Under the pieces are notes generated by a model. That model did no database searches and had not been told where the DNA came from. It saw only the letters and a program-made list of their open reading frames with translations. Made by a program: the position numbers and the translations under genes. Below are positions 35,301 to 45,275 of a DNA stretch of 64,000 nt, one piece after another. Source of the DNA: the human T2T-CHM13v2.0 reference genome, Homo sapiens; NCBI RefSeq assembly GCF_009914755.1, contig NC_060927.1. The stretch is one strand, 5' to 3'. How positions within the stretch are numbered: position 1 is the first letter of the stretch; the number at the start of each line of letters is the position of its first letter.

Positions 35301-38300
35301 TCTGTTTCCCCTTCCATAGACTGGGGATAACAGTCATTTCATTCAGGTTCTGGGGAGATTAAAAGATATGTAAAGTGCTCTGCAAAGGGCTAACACAGAG
35401 AAAGTTCTCAAGCAACAACCACAGTAATTATGACATGATGGGGCAGTTCTGGTGTCAGAGGGAAGGCTTCCTTGCCACTCCATGGGCCAACTCCAGGGTC
35501 GGAGAACGGAGGCCCAGGTAGGGGAAGGCACCACTCTCTCCCGGGGCTCCTGCCCTCCCGCTCCTGTCCCAGTACACGCCACGCGTCTTTGTTCACGGCA
35601 GCAACCAGGACATGGAACCCAGCTGGTTTCCTTAATCTCCATGGAGACCGGGAGTCACAGGCGGGTGAATCGGACTTTGCAGAGGGCGTTTCTGCCGGGC
35701 CCGATGCGCGTGGCCCTTGCTGAATGCCGCCAGGCCACTCCAGTCTTCCCTGCGCTCAGCCCACTTTATAGATGGGAAAATGGAGGCTCCAAGAACGGAT
35801 GGGACTTTCCACAGCTAGGAAGGGGCAGAGGCAGGATTTGAATCTGGGAAGTTGGCCCCAGGGTCCTGCAATCACCTAGCGATGTGCGCCTGCCTGGCTG
35901 TGGAAGGCCTCACTGTGGGCGTATCCAGGGCGCTGACAGATCCCCCACTCACCCTCCTGGGTGGACCATCATTCACACTGACCATTGAACCCACATCTCT
36001 CATTTGCACACCCAAAGGGCCATGGGCTCACTCCTTCCAGAGGCTGATGATCGCATTTTCAGACAAATGCAACTAGAAGTTCCTTGCCTCCCCTGACTTC
36101 CTCAGGAAGCTGGGTCAGCCCCCATCCCCCAGCATGTGGCCTGGCCTCTGCAGATGCCCCAGCCCGCCTGAGTCACTGCTATCACAATGGGCCCTGCCTG
36201 AATCTCTATGGCCCAGCCAGAGGGGGAACTGCAGAATTCCCCACCACGGAGAGCTCACAGCTCACCAGCCACCAGGAAGAGGACTCCTGCTTCTATCTGC
36301 GGATCCAGACCCTCACTCCCCAGCTGTGTGAGCCAGGGCAAGTCACTTCCCCTCTCTTGGCCTCAGTTTCCCCTTCTGTAAGCTGGGGATGATGATGACG
36401 CACTGTCTGCCTGACCAGGGGAGGGGCAGCCATGAGGTCAACCATGTAGGTGCTTATAAAAGGCCTGCAGAGCGCGAGCTCGGCGACGGTTTTTATTCAC
36501 TCCAAGGAGCCCACAGGCCTCTTGCCTTCAAGACAGTGCTGCCCTGGACTCCTCAGCCCGGGCACTAGAGACCATTCTCTCCATCTCAGTCTCTGTGCTG
36601 GGGCTGGGACAGCACCCAACACACCCTTGCTGCACCCAGGCGTCTCACCCACCCCTGCCTGCCTTCAGGCCCTATTTGATCTCATCTCCTCCAAGGCCCT
36701 GACCCTCCCTCCTCTGAGCATCCCCTGTCCACTGAGGCCAGTTTTTTCTGGTGTCTTTTCTCCCTCTTGATACTAATACCTGTGCCTGCCATTTCCTGGG
36801 CACTGCATGTGAGGTTTTATTTTATGTATTTATTTTTTATTATGGGCAGCCCCCTAAGCCAGAGTAGGCTGAGAGAGACACCCCTGAGATTTTAATCTAC
36901 CCACATCCTAGGAGGGAGGCATAAGACCTGTTTTATAATGAGAAAGAATGAGGCCCAGAGAGGGTAAATGACTGGCCCTGGGACACACAGCTTATGGACT
37001 GTATGCCCATGTACCTGGGGGTCGAGACATTCTCAGGGCTGGGAGGGATGTCTCCTGGTCCAAGCCCTATCTGTTTCTCCAGGCCAGAGGGTCATCTCAG
37101 CCAATCCTCCTAGAACCCCCTCTCCTAAATCCTGCCAAGTGTCTCTGCTTGCACGCTTCGTCACTGGGAGATCACTCCCAGCCCCCAGCCCAAACCCAAA
37201 TGTAAAGCCCATCTTGGAAGCTCTCTCTCCCTCCGCCCCCACCTGGCATCTCAGCCCCTAAATTGGTGCAAAAAAATGTCTTCTTGACGACGTGCACCCA
37301 CCCACTGCATGCCAGTTTAAAACTGCCTGATGGTTTTTTTTCCACCTTTACTATAAAAAGACACCTTGAAAATGCTGCACTGACATTGGCCTGTCGGTAT
37401 TCCTTTTGTTTTAAAAATACAAATATTATGGTCATTCATAGGTTGGGGAGAAAGACTTGGGGAAGGAAGGTAGACTCAGTCTGCCCCACCTTGTTGGGTG
37501 ATGCTGTGCCTCAGTTTCCCCCATCAGTGGCACTCAACAACTTCCCAACTGGCTTGCACTCCAAACAGGTTGTGATTTGAGGAAAGGGATCCAAGCTACA
37601 TGCAATGGAGGCTAATTTCTTCACTCAGTTTCTCTCAAAATATCTTAACTGCCCCAAATACGTTGAAAACAATCAGGGACAAATTTGGGGACTTCTGAGG
37701 GCTGCGGGGACCGAGGTTCTCTGCCTCTCGCCTCACACTTCAGCAGCTTCTCCCTTTGGGTTCTCGGGAAGAAGGTGGAGGGCAGAGGGCAAGTCCTGTC
37801 AGCTGGGAACCCGGAATGTCGGGAGGCCATCCTGACCCAGGCTCTGGAGTTGTGGGCGGCTCAAGGGATTCCTGCCAGGGCCCAGGGTTCTTCATGAGAC
37901 CCTCAAGCAGGAGCGAGAGGCTGGGTTTCCAAAGGCCTGGCTGAGCTGCCCCACTTGCAGGTCATTCGGCCCTGGGGTCCTGCCCCATGTGCAGCCCCAC
38001 CCAGGCCACCCAGTGCCAGTGACAGAGAAATCCAGCCAGATGGGACCAGGAGAAAAAAGGATTCTAGGCTCCTGGTTCTCCCCAGACCAAACTCATCCTC
38101 TTCCCCAGAGGTACCCCATCGCATGCCCCACCCCATGGGTACCAACATCTATCCTGTTGCTGAGCCTGACTCTGGGCAGCTTTCTGCTCCTCCATCCCAT
38201 CACTCCCCACCACTGGGGCTGCATCCCAGCCCCCAAATCTGTCCAGAGCCCACCTGCCACCCTCCAAGCCCTCAGCACTGCTGCAGACCAGGCCAGCCAT

Positions 38301-41300
38301 GTCTCCAGAGAACAAGGCCGGCCCCATCTCCCCACTGCCATCTGGCACCTACCACAGAGCCTGGCACACAGTAAGTGCTCAAGATATATTTGCGACTGAG
38401 TGAAGGAATCTATTCCCGGGAGGCGGCCTCAGCCTCTCAGCCACTCTCCCTCCTCCATTGCTCCTTCTCACCAGCTACCTAGGGGCTTTCTAAAATAATA
38501 GGTAGAAGAATTGTAGTCATTGCAAACAGGCGCCAGGTACATAAATGATCTCATTTAATACCCCCAACAGCCCTAAGAGGCAGGTATTCACGAGCATTCC
38601 CCTTCTGCAGCGGGGAGACTCAGGTGCCTGCTGAGACCACTCCACTTCTCTGGCTAAAACCCTTCATGGCTCCCAGGACCCCAGGATAAAGTCCAGACTC
38701 CCAAGGACGGTCTCCCCAGGCCTCCCTGGCCCTTGTGTCATGTGCTTCCCACTCTACTCGCCTGGCCACGCAGACCCCCTCGAGCCTGCTCACAGCCTTC
38801 GCACAGGCTGCTCCCTTTGCCTGGATGCCTTTCCTCTTCTCCGGCCTCACCTGGCTTCCTCCTGCTCCTCCGCCCCCTCCGCTGGGCTCCCTCCACCCTC
38901 ATTCTCCCTTTGCGGCACGCATTGCCCTGTGTATAAGGGCCTGGTCACACATCCGTCCTCGGCTCACCTGCCCAGCCCACAAGAGTAGAAACAAAGTGAG
39001 TTGCCATTGGCTCCCCAGGGCACAGCATGGGACTGGGCTCACAATAGGGACTTAGTAAATGTCTATGGAGGTGTCATCTGGGGCTAGAAGTAGGAGATGG
39101 TGGGGTGTTTACAGCTGCAGAACAAGCCAGATTAGGCAACTGCTCTCCAGGACCAAGCAGAGACCTGTGCTAATAATGTCCCTTAGAGTAATAACAAGAA
39201 GAGCTGCCATCTGCTTGGTGCTTACTGTGTACTGGGTACACTGAGCTGCATTTATCGATTCATCTAGTCCTTAAAACAATGCTTTGGGATAAGGATTGCT
39301 TTTACTGTCCCCACTTCACAGATGAAGAAACTGAGGCCCAGAGAGGTTAAGTTCCTTGGCCAAGGTCACACAGCTGGGAAGTGACAAAGTGGGACTTGAA
39401 CCCAAGCAGCCTGATGCAAAGTCTAGGTTCTGAATCTGTCGCTGCGTAGCTGGCAACAGCCTGGAGCAAGAATAATGATCCCTCCCCCACCCCTGCCCAT
39501 GCTAGAGGCCCAGACCGGGGACCTTGAGCACCTCTGGGAGATACTGCCAAGTGGCACTGGCCTGTGCCCACAGCGGGCACGGCGAAGAGGAGAAGGGTGT
39601 GGAAAACACAGGGAGGGTGACCAAGGAAGGCCGCAGCCGGAATCTGTGGCCTTGGGGTGGGGAAGAGGCCCTTCGCCACTCTGTCCTGGGGCTGTGTCCC
39701 TGGAGAGGCCCTGTCCCCTTAGGTAGAGAAGCTCCAGCCCCCCTCAGCTGGGTGAGTCACTGCACCGAGGGAGCGGACCGTGGGAACCAGAATGGTTCTT
39801 GCCAGAGGGGGAGGGAACCCTGGGCTGGCCTAAGGAATCCCACAGATCAGCTTACACCAAAGGGCCGAGACACAGGGCCTGAAACTACTGGAGGAAGGCC
39901 CTCAGTCCACAGGACACTTCTCTCCATTCAGCGACTCCCCACTGAGACCCCCAGTGCCAAACACAGTTGCCTGCGAGATGAAGCTCTGGGGTGGAGATGG
40001 TGGATGAACCAACCATGGCACAGGGCAAGCAGCCCCACCACCCTTTGGACTGTCTGCCCTGCTCACCCACCGTGACCTTTACTTTCAGGGTGGCCGGCCA
40101 GATGGTGGGCAGTCGTGGGAGACCGACCTCGACCTTGGGAGAAGGAATCTGCATTTTCTCAAAGCCCCAGTGTTGGGCCCGCCCACAGAGGAATGGTTAA
40201 TCTCATGAAATTCTTGTCACAGCCATGGAGAAGGGACAGGGTGGGGCCCCAAGGAAGGCTTGGGTCACCACAAGAAGGCTGAGTTCTGCATTTTGCTGAT
40301 GGAGATGCAGCTTCCTAAGGGAATGGCAGGCAGTGGAGCTGAAGTGGGCTCGCCAGACTCAGATGGGTGGAGGGTGTGGGAAAGGCCCCAGTGTCATTCT
40401 GGGGCCTCATTCCTCAGGGTGAACTATGGGGATCAACAGACCCAGCTCCCAAAGCCAGTGTGAGGAGCAATCCCTTGCCATGAACTTCCTTTCAGGGAAC
40501 CACACCAAGTCCCCTCCCGCACCCTTGTCATGTCAACACACATGCTGATTCCGTCAACCTGGCCCCCCTTGCTACTGCCCAACCCAGCCTCAGACACCTG
40601 GGCCCCATGCCCGCCTGTACTCCTCCTCATTCCCCACTGAGCCCCACGGCCCTCTCCTGCCCCCAAAACACCCCTGTTCACATCCCTCCATTCTCCTGGC
40701 CCTGGCATCTGCCCACCCCAGCTGCCTGGGACGCCCCCAAAACACACGCACTCTGAGATCCAAGTCCAGAAGGCAGCAAAGGCTGGGCATTAAAAACACA
40801 GATGCTGAGGCCAGACAGGCTGGATTCAAATCCACCTCTGCTAGTGCCCAACTGTGTGATCCTCAGCAAGTTGCTTAACCTCTCTGTGCCTGTTTCTTCA
40901 TCTGTAAAATGTGATGAGAATAGAGGCTACCTGAGAGGGTTGTTCTGAGAACTGGGAATTGTGACATGTGATGCCCCTAGCTGGCACTCCACAAGTGCTA
41001 TTGTTTACCCCAGACTCCCACACCTGGTACATACTAGGTGCTCAGGAAATATTTGCAGAATAGGTGAATAAAAGTTGGCCTCAGGCACACACCTGTTTGC
41101 CAACCATGCAGCCTCCTCAGAGTACCGACTCATGCCCAAATACCTGCGTCCCCTGCCACGCACATCCCACTGCACACCTAGCCCTGTCCCGTTGTACCAG
41201 TGTCTGTGCAGTACACCTGTCTGCCCTGTGCGTCTTCAGGCCCCAGCTTGCTGGCACACAAGTCCATGCAGACATCTGCAGGGCCCTGGTGCACACCTGT

Positions 41301-41720
41301 GTGCCTCCTTGCACACCTGCCACACCCATGCACCCATCACCAACGTGCAATGGTAACTCTGACAGGCTCACGCAGTGGCCCCAGAACACAACTTTGGTCA
41401 GGCATGCAGTCACTTACTGCGCCCTCAGCATGCACCTGTGACCCTCACGTGCATACCTGGGCTTTATGCGCACCTGGGTACCTGTGGCAACTTGGACCCC
41501 TCCCAGTACGCCTAGGTATGCGCGCCCATGAGCCGGCACTCACTTGAGTCCCTGCACATGCCCACCTGGGCCATACAGGCGCCAGTAGTACCCCTCGGGG
41601 GACACCTGCATTCTCGCGTGCACACCTGGGTTCCACGTACATCTGGATCTCTGCGCGCTCCCACCTGTGACCCACTCAGCTCACGACCCGCTCGGTTCCC
41701 GCCCGCCCCCGCCCCCGCCC

Positions 41721-41752
<32 letters not shown>

Positions 41753-43075
41753 GCCCGGGTGTACCTGGATGTTGAGCTTGCGCTCGCAGGCCGGTCCCGT
41801 GCCCTGCACCACGCTGTCGAGCACCGCCACCACGTCGGGCGCCGGTTCCACGAAGCAGGCGGTGCGCGCAGCTCGGATGGCGGCTCGCACGTCGGCGAAG
41901 CGGAAGGCGCAGAGTGCGGCCGGAGCAGCGCGGGCCGCGGGGGACCCCTGGGGCCGCTCGAAGACAGCAAAGAGCCGCTCCCGGGCTGGGAAGACCGACA
42001 CCAGGCGGCTGTAGAGGTCGCCGCGGCCCGCGCCGCCCGCGCACTGCAAGCCCAACTGGATGTAGGACTCGGTGAGCTTCTTGGCGTCGCCGCCGGCGCC
42101 GTGGGGCAGGCAGATGCGCGCCAGCAGGCTCCGCGCCTGGCTCTCCTTGTCGCCCGCGCGCGCCTCGCTGTTGAGCGCCAGGTACGCGTAGGACTGTGCA
42201 CCCGGCGGCGGGTCGGACGGGTGCAGGAAGGCGCTCACGAAGCCCAGCTTGTGCTGCTCCTTGGCGCCCTGCTTGATCTTGAGGATGTTGTCGTCGGAGG
42301 GGTTGAGGTCGAAGGTGAAGAGCTTGGCCAGGTCGCCGCGCGTGTCCAGGGAGCGGATGGCGATCTCGGGCGTGTTCTCGAAGCGGTGGTCCTCCAGGCT
42401 GCGGTTGCGCGGGAAGAAGGAGCTGCCGTAACCGGTGTACGTGGCGCCCACGAGCAGGCGGCTGCCCCCCGCGCCCGCGGCGGGAGGCAGAACTAGCCCC
42501 ACGGTGGACGCGTTCGGGTGGTTGGCCGCCACGTTCAGCATGCTGGGGAACACCGTGACGGGCTCGGCGGGCGGCGCGGCGGGCGGGAAGCGCACGGCCA
42601 CGGCCGAGATGTTGCCCCGGCGCCGCAGCTGGCAGAAGCCCTGGTAGATGGACCCGCACACGACTACCAGGCCCTGGCCGGGGTCCAGCTGCAGGATCTT
42701 GTTGTAGTTGTCCGTGAGGCGCCGCGGGTGCTCGCACGAGGCCTGCGGCAGCTGCGGAGCGTGACACAGCGGGCTGTCGGGCACCGGGCCCACGGCCGCC
42801 TCGGCCTCCAGGCTCAGGTTGGCGCCCGACAGCTGATAGAGGCGGTTGACGGCCGCCAGGTACACGGTCCCCGCCGCGCCGTCCAGGGCGAAGTTGTTGG
42901 TGGGCGTGGGCGAGGGGAACCGACGCTGGATCTCCAGGGCGCCGGCCCGCGCCGCCCCCAGGAGCAGCAGCAACAGCAGCGGCACCGGGCACCGCGGCGG
43001 CGTCTGGAACGGCGGGGGGCTGGCGGCGGCGGCCCGGGCGCTAAGGGGTGCGCCGCCCGCGGCGCGAGGAGCCAT
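1767..43075 (-). CDS. PLXND1: Plexin-D1, multi-exon CDS (exons 1-25 in window, 3'-partial)
   Basis: Spliced translation [50 protein letters not shown]... through the GAP motif [23 protein letters not shown]. 25 GT-AG exons total 4521 nt with consistent phases. Confidence 0.98.
2314..2444 (-). CDS. PLXND1: PLXND1 exon 24 (GAP domain)
   Basis: [44 protein letters not shown]; 131 nt. Confidence 0.96.
2954..3058 (-). CDS. PLXND1: PLXND1 exon 23
   Basis: ctgcag|TGT...AAG|gtgagt; [35 protein letters not shown]; 105 nt; not shown in the ORF track. Confidence 0.92.
3919..4031 (-). CDS. PLXND1: PLXND1 exon 22
   Basis: [38 protein letters not shown]; 113 nt. Confidence 0.96.
4125..4232 (-). CDS. PLXND1: PLXND1 exon 21 (juxtamembrane)
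   Basis: [35 protein letters not shown]; 108 nt. Confidence 0.95.
4540..4900 (+). mobile_element. Old L1 (L1ME-like) 3'-end remnants
   Basis: AT-rich; degenerate motif GGTTAACAGTGGCTTT...GGGAGGATTCTGGGTGAC. Confidence 0.45.
4905..5880 (-). mobile_element. L1M (L1MB/ME-like) 3' fragment interrupted by an Alu
   Basis: TATATTCACAGAGTTGTGCAACCATCACCACT and GGACATTTGGGTTGTTT...GGAATTGCTGGGTCATA motifs. Confidence 0.8.
4975..5275 (-). mobile_element. AluJ-like element
   Basis: Full dimer antisense; TSD TTCAATGGTTTCT at 4963 and 5279. Confidence 0.92.
6272..6386 (-). CDS. PLXND1: PLXND1 exon 20 (transmembrane helix)
   Basis: [38 protein letters not shown]; donor gtaagg; 115 nt. Confidence 0.95.
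7215..7364 (-). CDS. PLXND1: PLXND1 exon 19
   Basis: [25 protein letters not shown]...QLPIT; donor gtgagt; 150 nt. Confidence 0.95.
7469..7732 (-). CDS. PLXND1: PLXND1 exon 18
   Basis: [16 protein letters not shown]...[11 protein letters not shown]...LTLVIH; 264 nt. Confidence 0.95.
7938..8028 (-). CDS. PLXND1: PLXND1 exon 17
   Basis: [30 protein letters not shown]; 91 nt. Confidence 0.94.
8106..8273 (-). CDS. PLXND1: PLXND1 exon 16
   Basis: [13 protein letters not shown]...[20 protein letters not shown]; 168 nt. Confidence 0.94.
9038..9177 (-). CDS. PLXND1: PLXND1 exon 15 (IPT)
   Basis: [24 protein letters not shown]...; donor gtaagc; 140 nt. Confidence 0.95.
9271..9370 (-). CDS. PLXND1: PLXND1 exon 14
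   Basis: [33 protein letters not shown]; donor gtaagg; 100 nt. Confidence 0.95.
10023..10174 (-). CDS. PLXND1: PLXND1 exon 13 (IPT/TIG)
   Basis: [22 protein letters not shown]...; donor gtgagt; 152 nt. Confidence 0.95.
10765..10919 (-). CDS. PLXND1: PLXND1 exon 12 (PSI3)
   Basis: [18 protein letters not shown]...CPAPEIRA; donor gtaagc; 155 nt. Confidence 0.95.
11898..11991 (-). CDS. PLXND1: PLXND1 exon 11
   Basis: [31 protein letters not shown]; 94 nt. Confidence 0.94.
12195..12284 (-). CDS. PLXND1: PLXND1 exon 10
   Basis: [30 protein letters not shown]; donor gtgagt; 90 nt. Confidence 0.95.
13050..13240. mobile_element. MIR
   Basis: CCTGGGTTCAAACCCCACCTCTGC...TGTGACCT...TCTGAGGCTTGGTTTTCC core; one of many MIR remnants. 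Confidence 0.7.
14758..14862 (-). CDS. PLXND1: PLXND1 exon 9
   Basis: [35 protein letters not shown]; donor gtaagt; 105 nt. Confidence 0.95.
16370..16600. mobile_element. MIR
   Basis: ACAACCCTAGGAGGTAG...CCCACTTTACAGAATAGGAAACTGAGGCAC core. Confidence 0.75.
19620..19955 (+). mobile_element. L1ME-like fragment
   Basis: GGGGGTATAAACTGGC...TTTCTGGAAGGCA and TATGTCCAACTATAGGGCATGGGTTAAAC motifs. Confidence 0.55.
19997..20099 (-). CDS. PLXND1: PLXND1 exon 8 (PSI2)
   Basis: [21 protein letters not shown]...; donor gtaagc; 103 nt. Confidence 0.95.
20555..20663 (-). CDS. PLXND1: PLXND1 exon 7
   Basis: [27 protein letters not shown]...; donor gtgagt; 109 nt. Confidence 0.95.
20815..20992 (-). CDS. 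PLXND1: PLXND1 exon 6
   Basis: [23 protein letters not shown]...FPPNQ; donor gtaagc; 178 nt. Confidence 0.95.
21215..21615 (+). mobile_element. L2 3' end
   Basis: CTCAGGGCCTTTGCACTGGCAGTTCCC...GCTTGGCACATAGTA...TGAATGAATGA tail. Confidence 0.75.
22035..22225. mobile_element. MIR
   Basis: TCCAGCTCTACCACT...GCCTCAGTTTCCCCATCTGTAAAATGAGGAT core. Confidence 0.75.
22382..22511 (-). CDS. PLXND1: PLXND1 exon 5
   Basis: [16 protein letters not shown]...RQEYP; donor gtgagt; 130 nt. Confidence 0.95.
22602..22702 (-). CDS. PLXND1: PLXND1 exon 4 (PSI1)
   Basis: [34 protein letters not shown] with the PSI CGWC motif; AG/GT borders; 101 nt. Confidence 0.95.
23018..23149 (-). CDS. PLXND1: PLXND1 exon 3 (Sema end)
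   Basis: cacag|ATC...CAG|gtgagg; [13 protein letters not shown]...YLYLMTSHQ; 132 nt. Confidence 0.96.
25777..25953 (-). CDS. PLXND1: PLXND1 exon 2 (Sema)
   Basis: ttccag|CTCCAG...AAG|gtaggt; [18 protein letters not shown]...GRLLK; 177 nt. Confidence 0.96.
27777..27988 (+). pseudogene. 7SL (SRP RNA) retropseudogene, 3'-truncated
   Basis: Alu-like 5' end followed by the 7SL S-domain (CACTAAGTTCAGCATCAATATGGTGACCTCCCGGGAGCGGGGGACCACCAGGTTGCCTAAGGAGGGGTGAAC...GGTCGGAAACGGAGCAGGT); flanked by TAAAGTGTTC repeats. Confidence 0.93.
30763..30928 (+). mobile_element. FAM/FRAM-type Alu monomer
   Basis: Monomer with right-arm 3' end and A tail; imperfect TSD ACTGCAGGGTG / ACTGCAAGGTG. Confidence 0.8.
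31062..31309 (+). mobile_element. L1MC-like 3' end with poly(A)
   Basis: TTTTGACAAATGTACCACGGTAA...GAACTGTCTGTACTATCTTTGTAACTTT...AATCTAAAATTATTCCAAA; flanked by GCAAAGC repeats. Confidence 0.8.
32341..32384. repeat. (CA)n microsatellite
   Basis: GCACGCACGC followed by (AC)17. Confidence 0.95.
39170..39435. mobile_element. MIR
   Basis: CACAGATGAAGAAACTGAGGCCCAGAGAGGTTAAG...CCAAGGTCACACAGCT. Confidence 0.8.
40780..41000. mobile_element. MIR
   Basis: GGATTCAAATCCACCTCTGC...TTAACCTCTCTGTGCCTGTTTCTTCATCTGTAAAATG. Confidence 0.8.
41701..41753. repeat. (GCCCCC)3 + (CCG)9 CCA CCG simple repeat at the start of intron 1
   Basis: Read directly; GGC/GGGGGC on the transcribed strand. Confidence 0.92.
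41765..43075 (-). CDS. PLXND1: PLXND1 exon 1 coding part (signal peptide + most of Sema domain)
   Basis: ATG at 43075, 1311 nt, ends ...CERKLNIQ at donor CAG|GTACAC. Confidence 0.97.
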
Positions 43076-45039
43076 CCGGGCGTGCGCGGGCTGCGCGGCG
43101 CGGCGAGTGCATGGGGCGAGGCGCGGCCGGGAGCCGGGAGCCCGGAGGCGGCGGGAGGCGGGGGGCGGGCCCGGGCCGCGAGGCGCTTCCTGCCCGCGCC
43201 AGCCGCCCCCGGCCCCGGCGCCCGGGCCCGGCTCAGCCTCGCCGCGCAGCCCGGGGGCGGGGCGGGGGCGGCTCCGCTGCGGACACGCCCTCACTCCCCG
43301 CCCCGGCCCCGCCCGCCCCCGGGACCCCCGCCTGCCCCTGGCCGCCCTGGGCCACGCCCCGCCGTCCGCGGGTCCCGCCGCCCGCGCCCTCCAGGACCCG
43401 CCCGCGGCCCCAGGGTCCCTCCCCGTAGCCGCCGCCGCCGTCGCTCGCTCTCCTCGCTCTTTCCTCCCACTTGGCCGCTTGGCCTGCCTCGCTCGCGCCT
43501 GTTTTCTCTTTTCCGCCCTCTCCCCCACCCCGTCTCTCCCTCTCTCTGCGTCTCTCGGTCTCTGCGTCTCTCCGTCTCTGTCCCCACCCCAAACTCCGCG
43601 CGTGTGGCGCTTCTCCGGGTTCTGCCTCTGCTTCTCCTTCTCCCTCCGACTCCGCTTCGCTCTCCAGTCCCTGGCAGCCCCGCCCCCGGCCCTTTCTAGT
43701 CTCCTTCTCTCTCCTGCTCCGTTTTTCCGTCCCTGACGCTCGCTCCCTCTCTCCGTGGCTCCCTCTGCCTCCCCCTCGGACCCTCCGTCCCTCTCTCGGT
43801 CCCTCTGAGCTCCCCTTTCCTTCTCCCTCTGCCTTCCCGAACCCTGTGTCTCCCCTCCACACTCAGCCTCCCTCCACCACCTTTCTCAGGCACTGTCCAG
43901 GCCTTCGCTCCCCCGGTGCCGGCCAGTCGGGCCCCCCAGACCCCATAATCTGTCCCCCAAACCCCAGACCCATAAAAGGGATTTACAAGTGGCAGGGCCA
44001 GAGGGACCAGTGCTCAGGGTCAGATATATAAATGAGGAAAACATGGAGAGAGGAAATAGTTCCAGCCAGTGGCCCACAACCGATAGCCAGAGCAAGGCCT
44101 TGGTCCTGGAGCCCACAGTTGCCTCCTGTGGAGACCCAGCCGCACCCCCACCCCTGGCACCCCCGCCAGGCACTTTCCCTGACATCCTCCCAGGCTTAGT
44201 GGAAGATTAGTCCCACAAAAGCCGGCACTGGGCAGGGTTCTTGATCTCAAAAGCAGCGTTAGGGGCAGGCAGCCTGGTTCCAAGGTCACAGCCCTGTGAG
44301 GACCATGCGCCGTGGCTGTTTTACGGGGGTGCTCACACAGGGCTAGCCCGTGCCAGACACTGTGCCAAGCACTTGCCATGTACGGGCTCTCTTTTTCCTC
44401 ACAGATTCCCCCGAGGCGAGCGCTATTGGTAACCCATCTTCCAGATATGGAAACCAAGGCTGAGGGGAAGGGACTGGCCCAAGATGCACAGCTCATGAGG
44501 AGCAGAGCTACAGTGTTTGAAAGCAAAAGCCCTTCAGCTCCGACCTCTCAGAACGGGGCCTCCCATCAGACCCCCAGCTTCCACAGGGTGCCCGGTGGGC
44601 CTCACTCTGAGAGTAGCGGGACCTCATTTTCCTCTTTCCCACCCAACCAGGAAGGAAGGGCAGGGGTGTCTGTGCACCATGGGGCCGGCAGGAAAGGCTG
44701 GGCCTGCAGCCGCCCCCCACTTCCCTCAACACCCTCGCCTTCCTGCCATCCTGCCCGCCTTGTTCCAGACCCCTCAGCCCTGGTCTGGCCACTGCTTTGA
44801 TGGCCGGGAGTGTTGAGCTGCAGGAAATTGGAGGCCCCCTCCCAGGCCCATCCACCCACCAAGAGCCACTCAGGGGACTGCCCGTGGGACTGTGTCCCTG
44901 TCTTCCTCTCTGGATGGAGAAGGCGCACATCGTGCCACCCGTGGGGGCCAACTGCAGAGCCCAGCAGGGGTGCATGGGGCCTGCCTCCATGCCCCTCCTC
45001 CTCACTCACATCCTCAGTGCCCCCACCCCAGTCCATCCG

Positions 45040-45275
45040 CTGGTCTCTCTGTCTTATCTCTCTCTCTCCTGCCCCCACCCATCTCTGTTCCTATCTGTCT
45101 TGCTCCTCCCGTTCACTCTCTTTGTCTCTCCTTCTCTCAGTGTCTTGCCCCCTTCCCTTTCCACTCTTCATCTGTCTCTCTGTGTCTCTATCTCTGTCTC
45201 TCTCTCTGTCTCCCTCCCTATCCCTCACCCCCACTCCCTCTCCAGCCCCTCCTCTCTTCCTTCCTGTCTCCCGCT
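45040..45275. repeat. CT-rich low-complexity tract
   Basis: Long polypyrimidine (CT/CTGT) run. Confidence 0.8.

Larger units (their letters stand above)
41500..43800. promoter_or_regulatory. CpG island and TATA-less promoter of PLXND1
   Basis: Very dense CpG over exon 1 and the 5' flank; multiple GC boxes (GGGGCGGGG at ~43254-43270, CCCCGCCCC at ~43296-43320). Confidence 0.92.

Noticed and set aside
41512-43862. Long alternative-frame and antisense ORFs over exon 1 and the promoter (438, 393, 322, 296, 229 aa)
   Set aside because: Expected from extreme GC content and GC3 codon bias, which deplete stop codons. The products are low-complexity Arg/Pro/Gly/Ala with no domain, and most have non-ATG starts.
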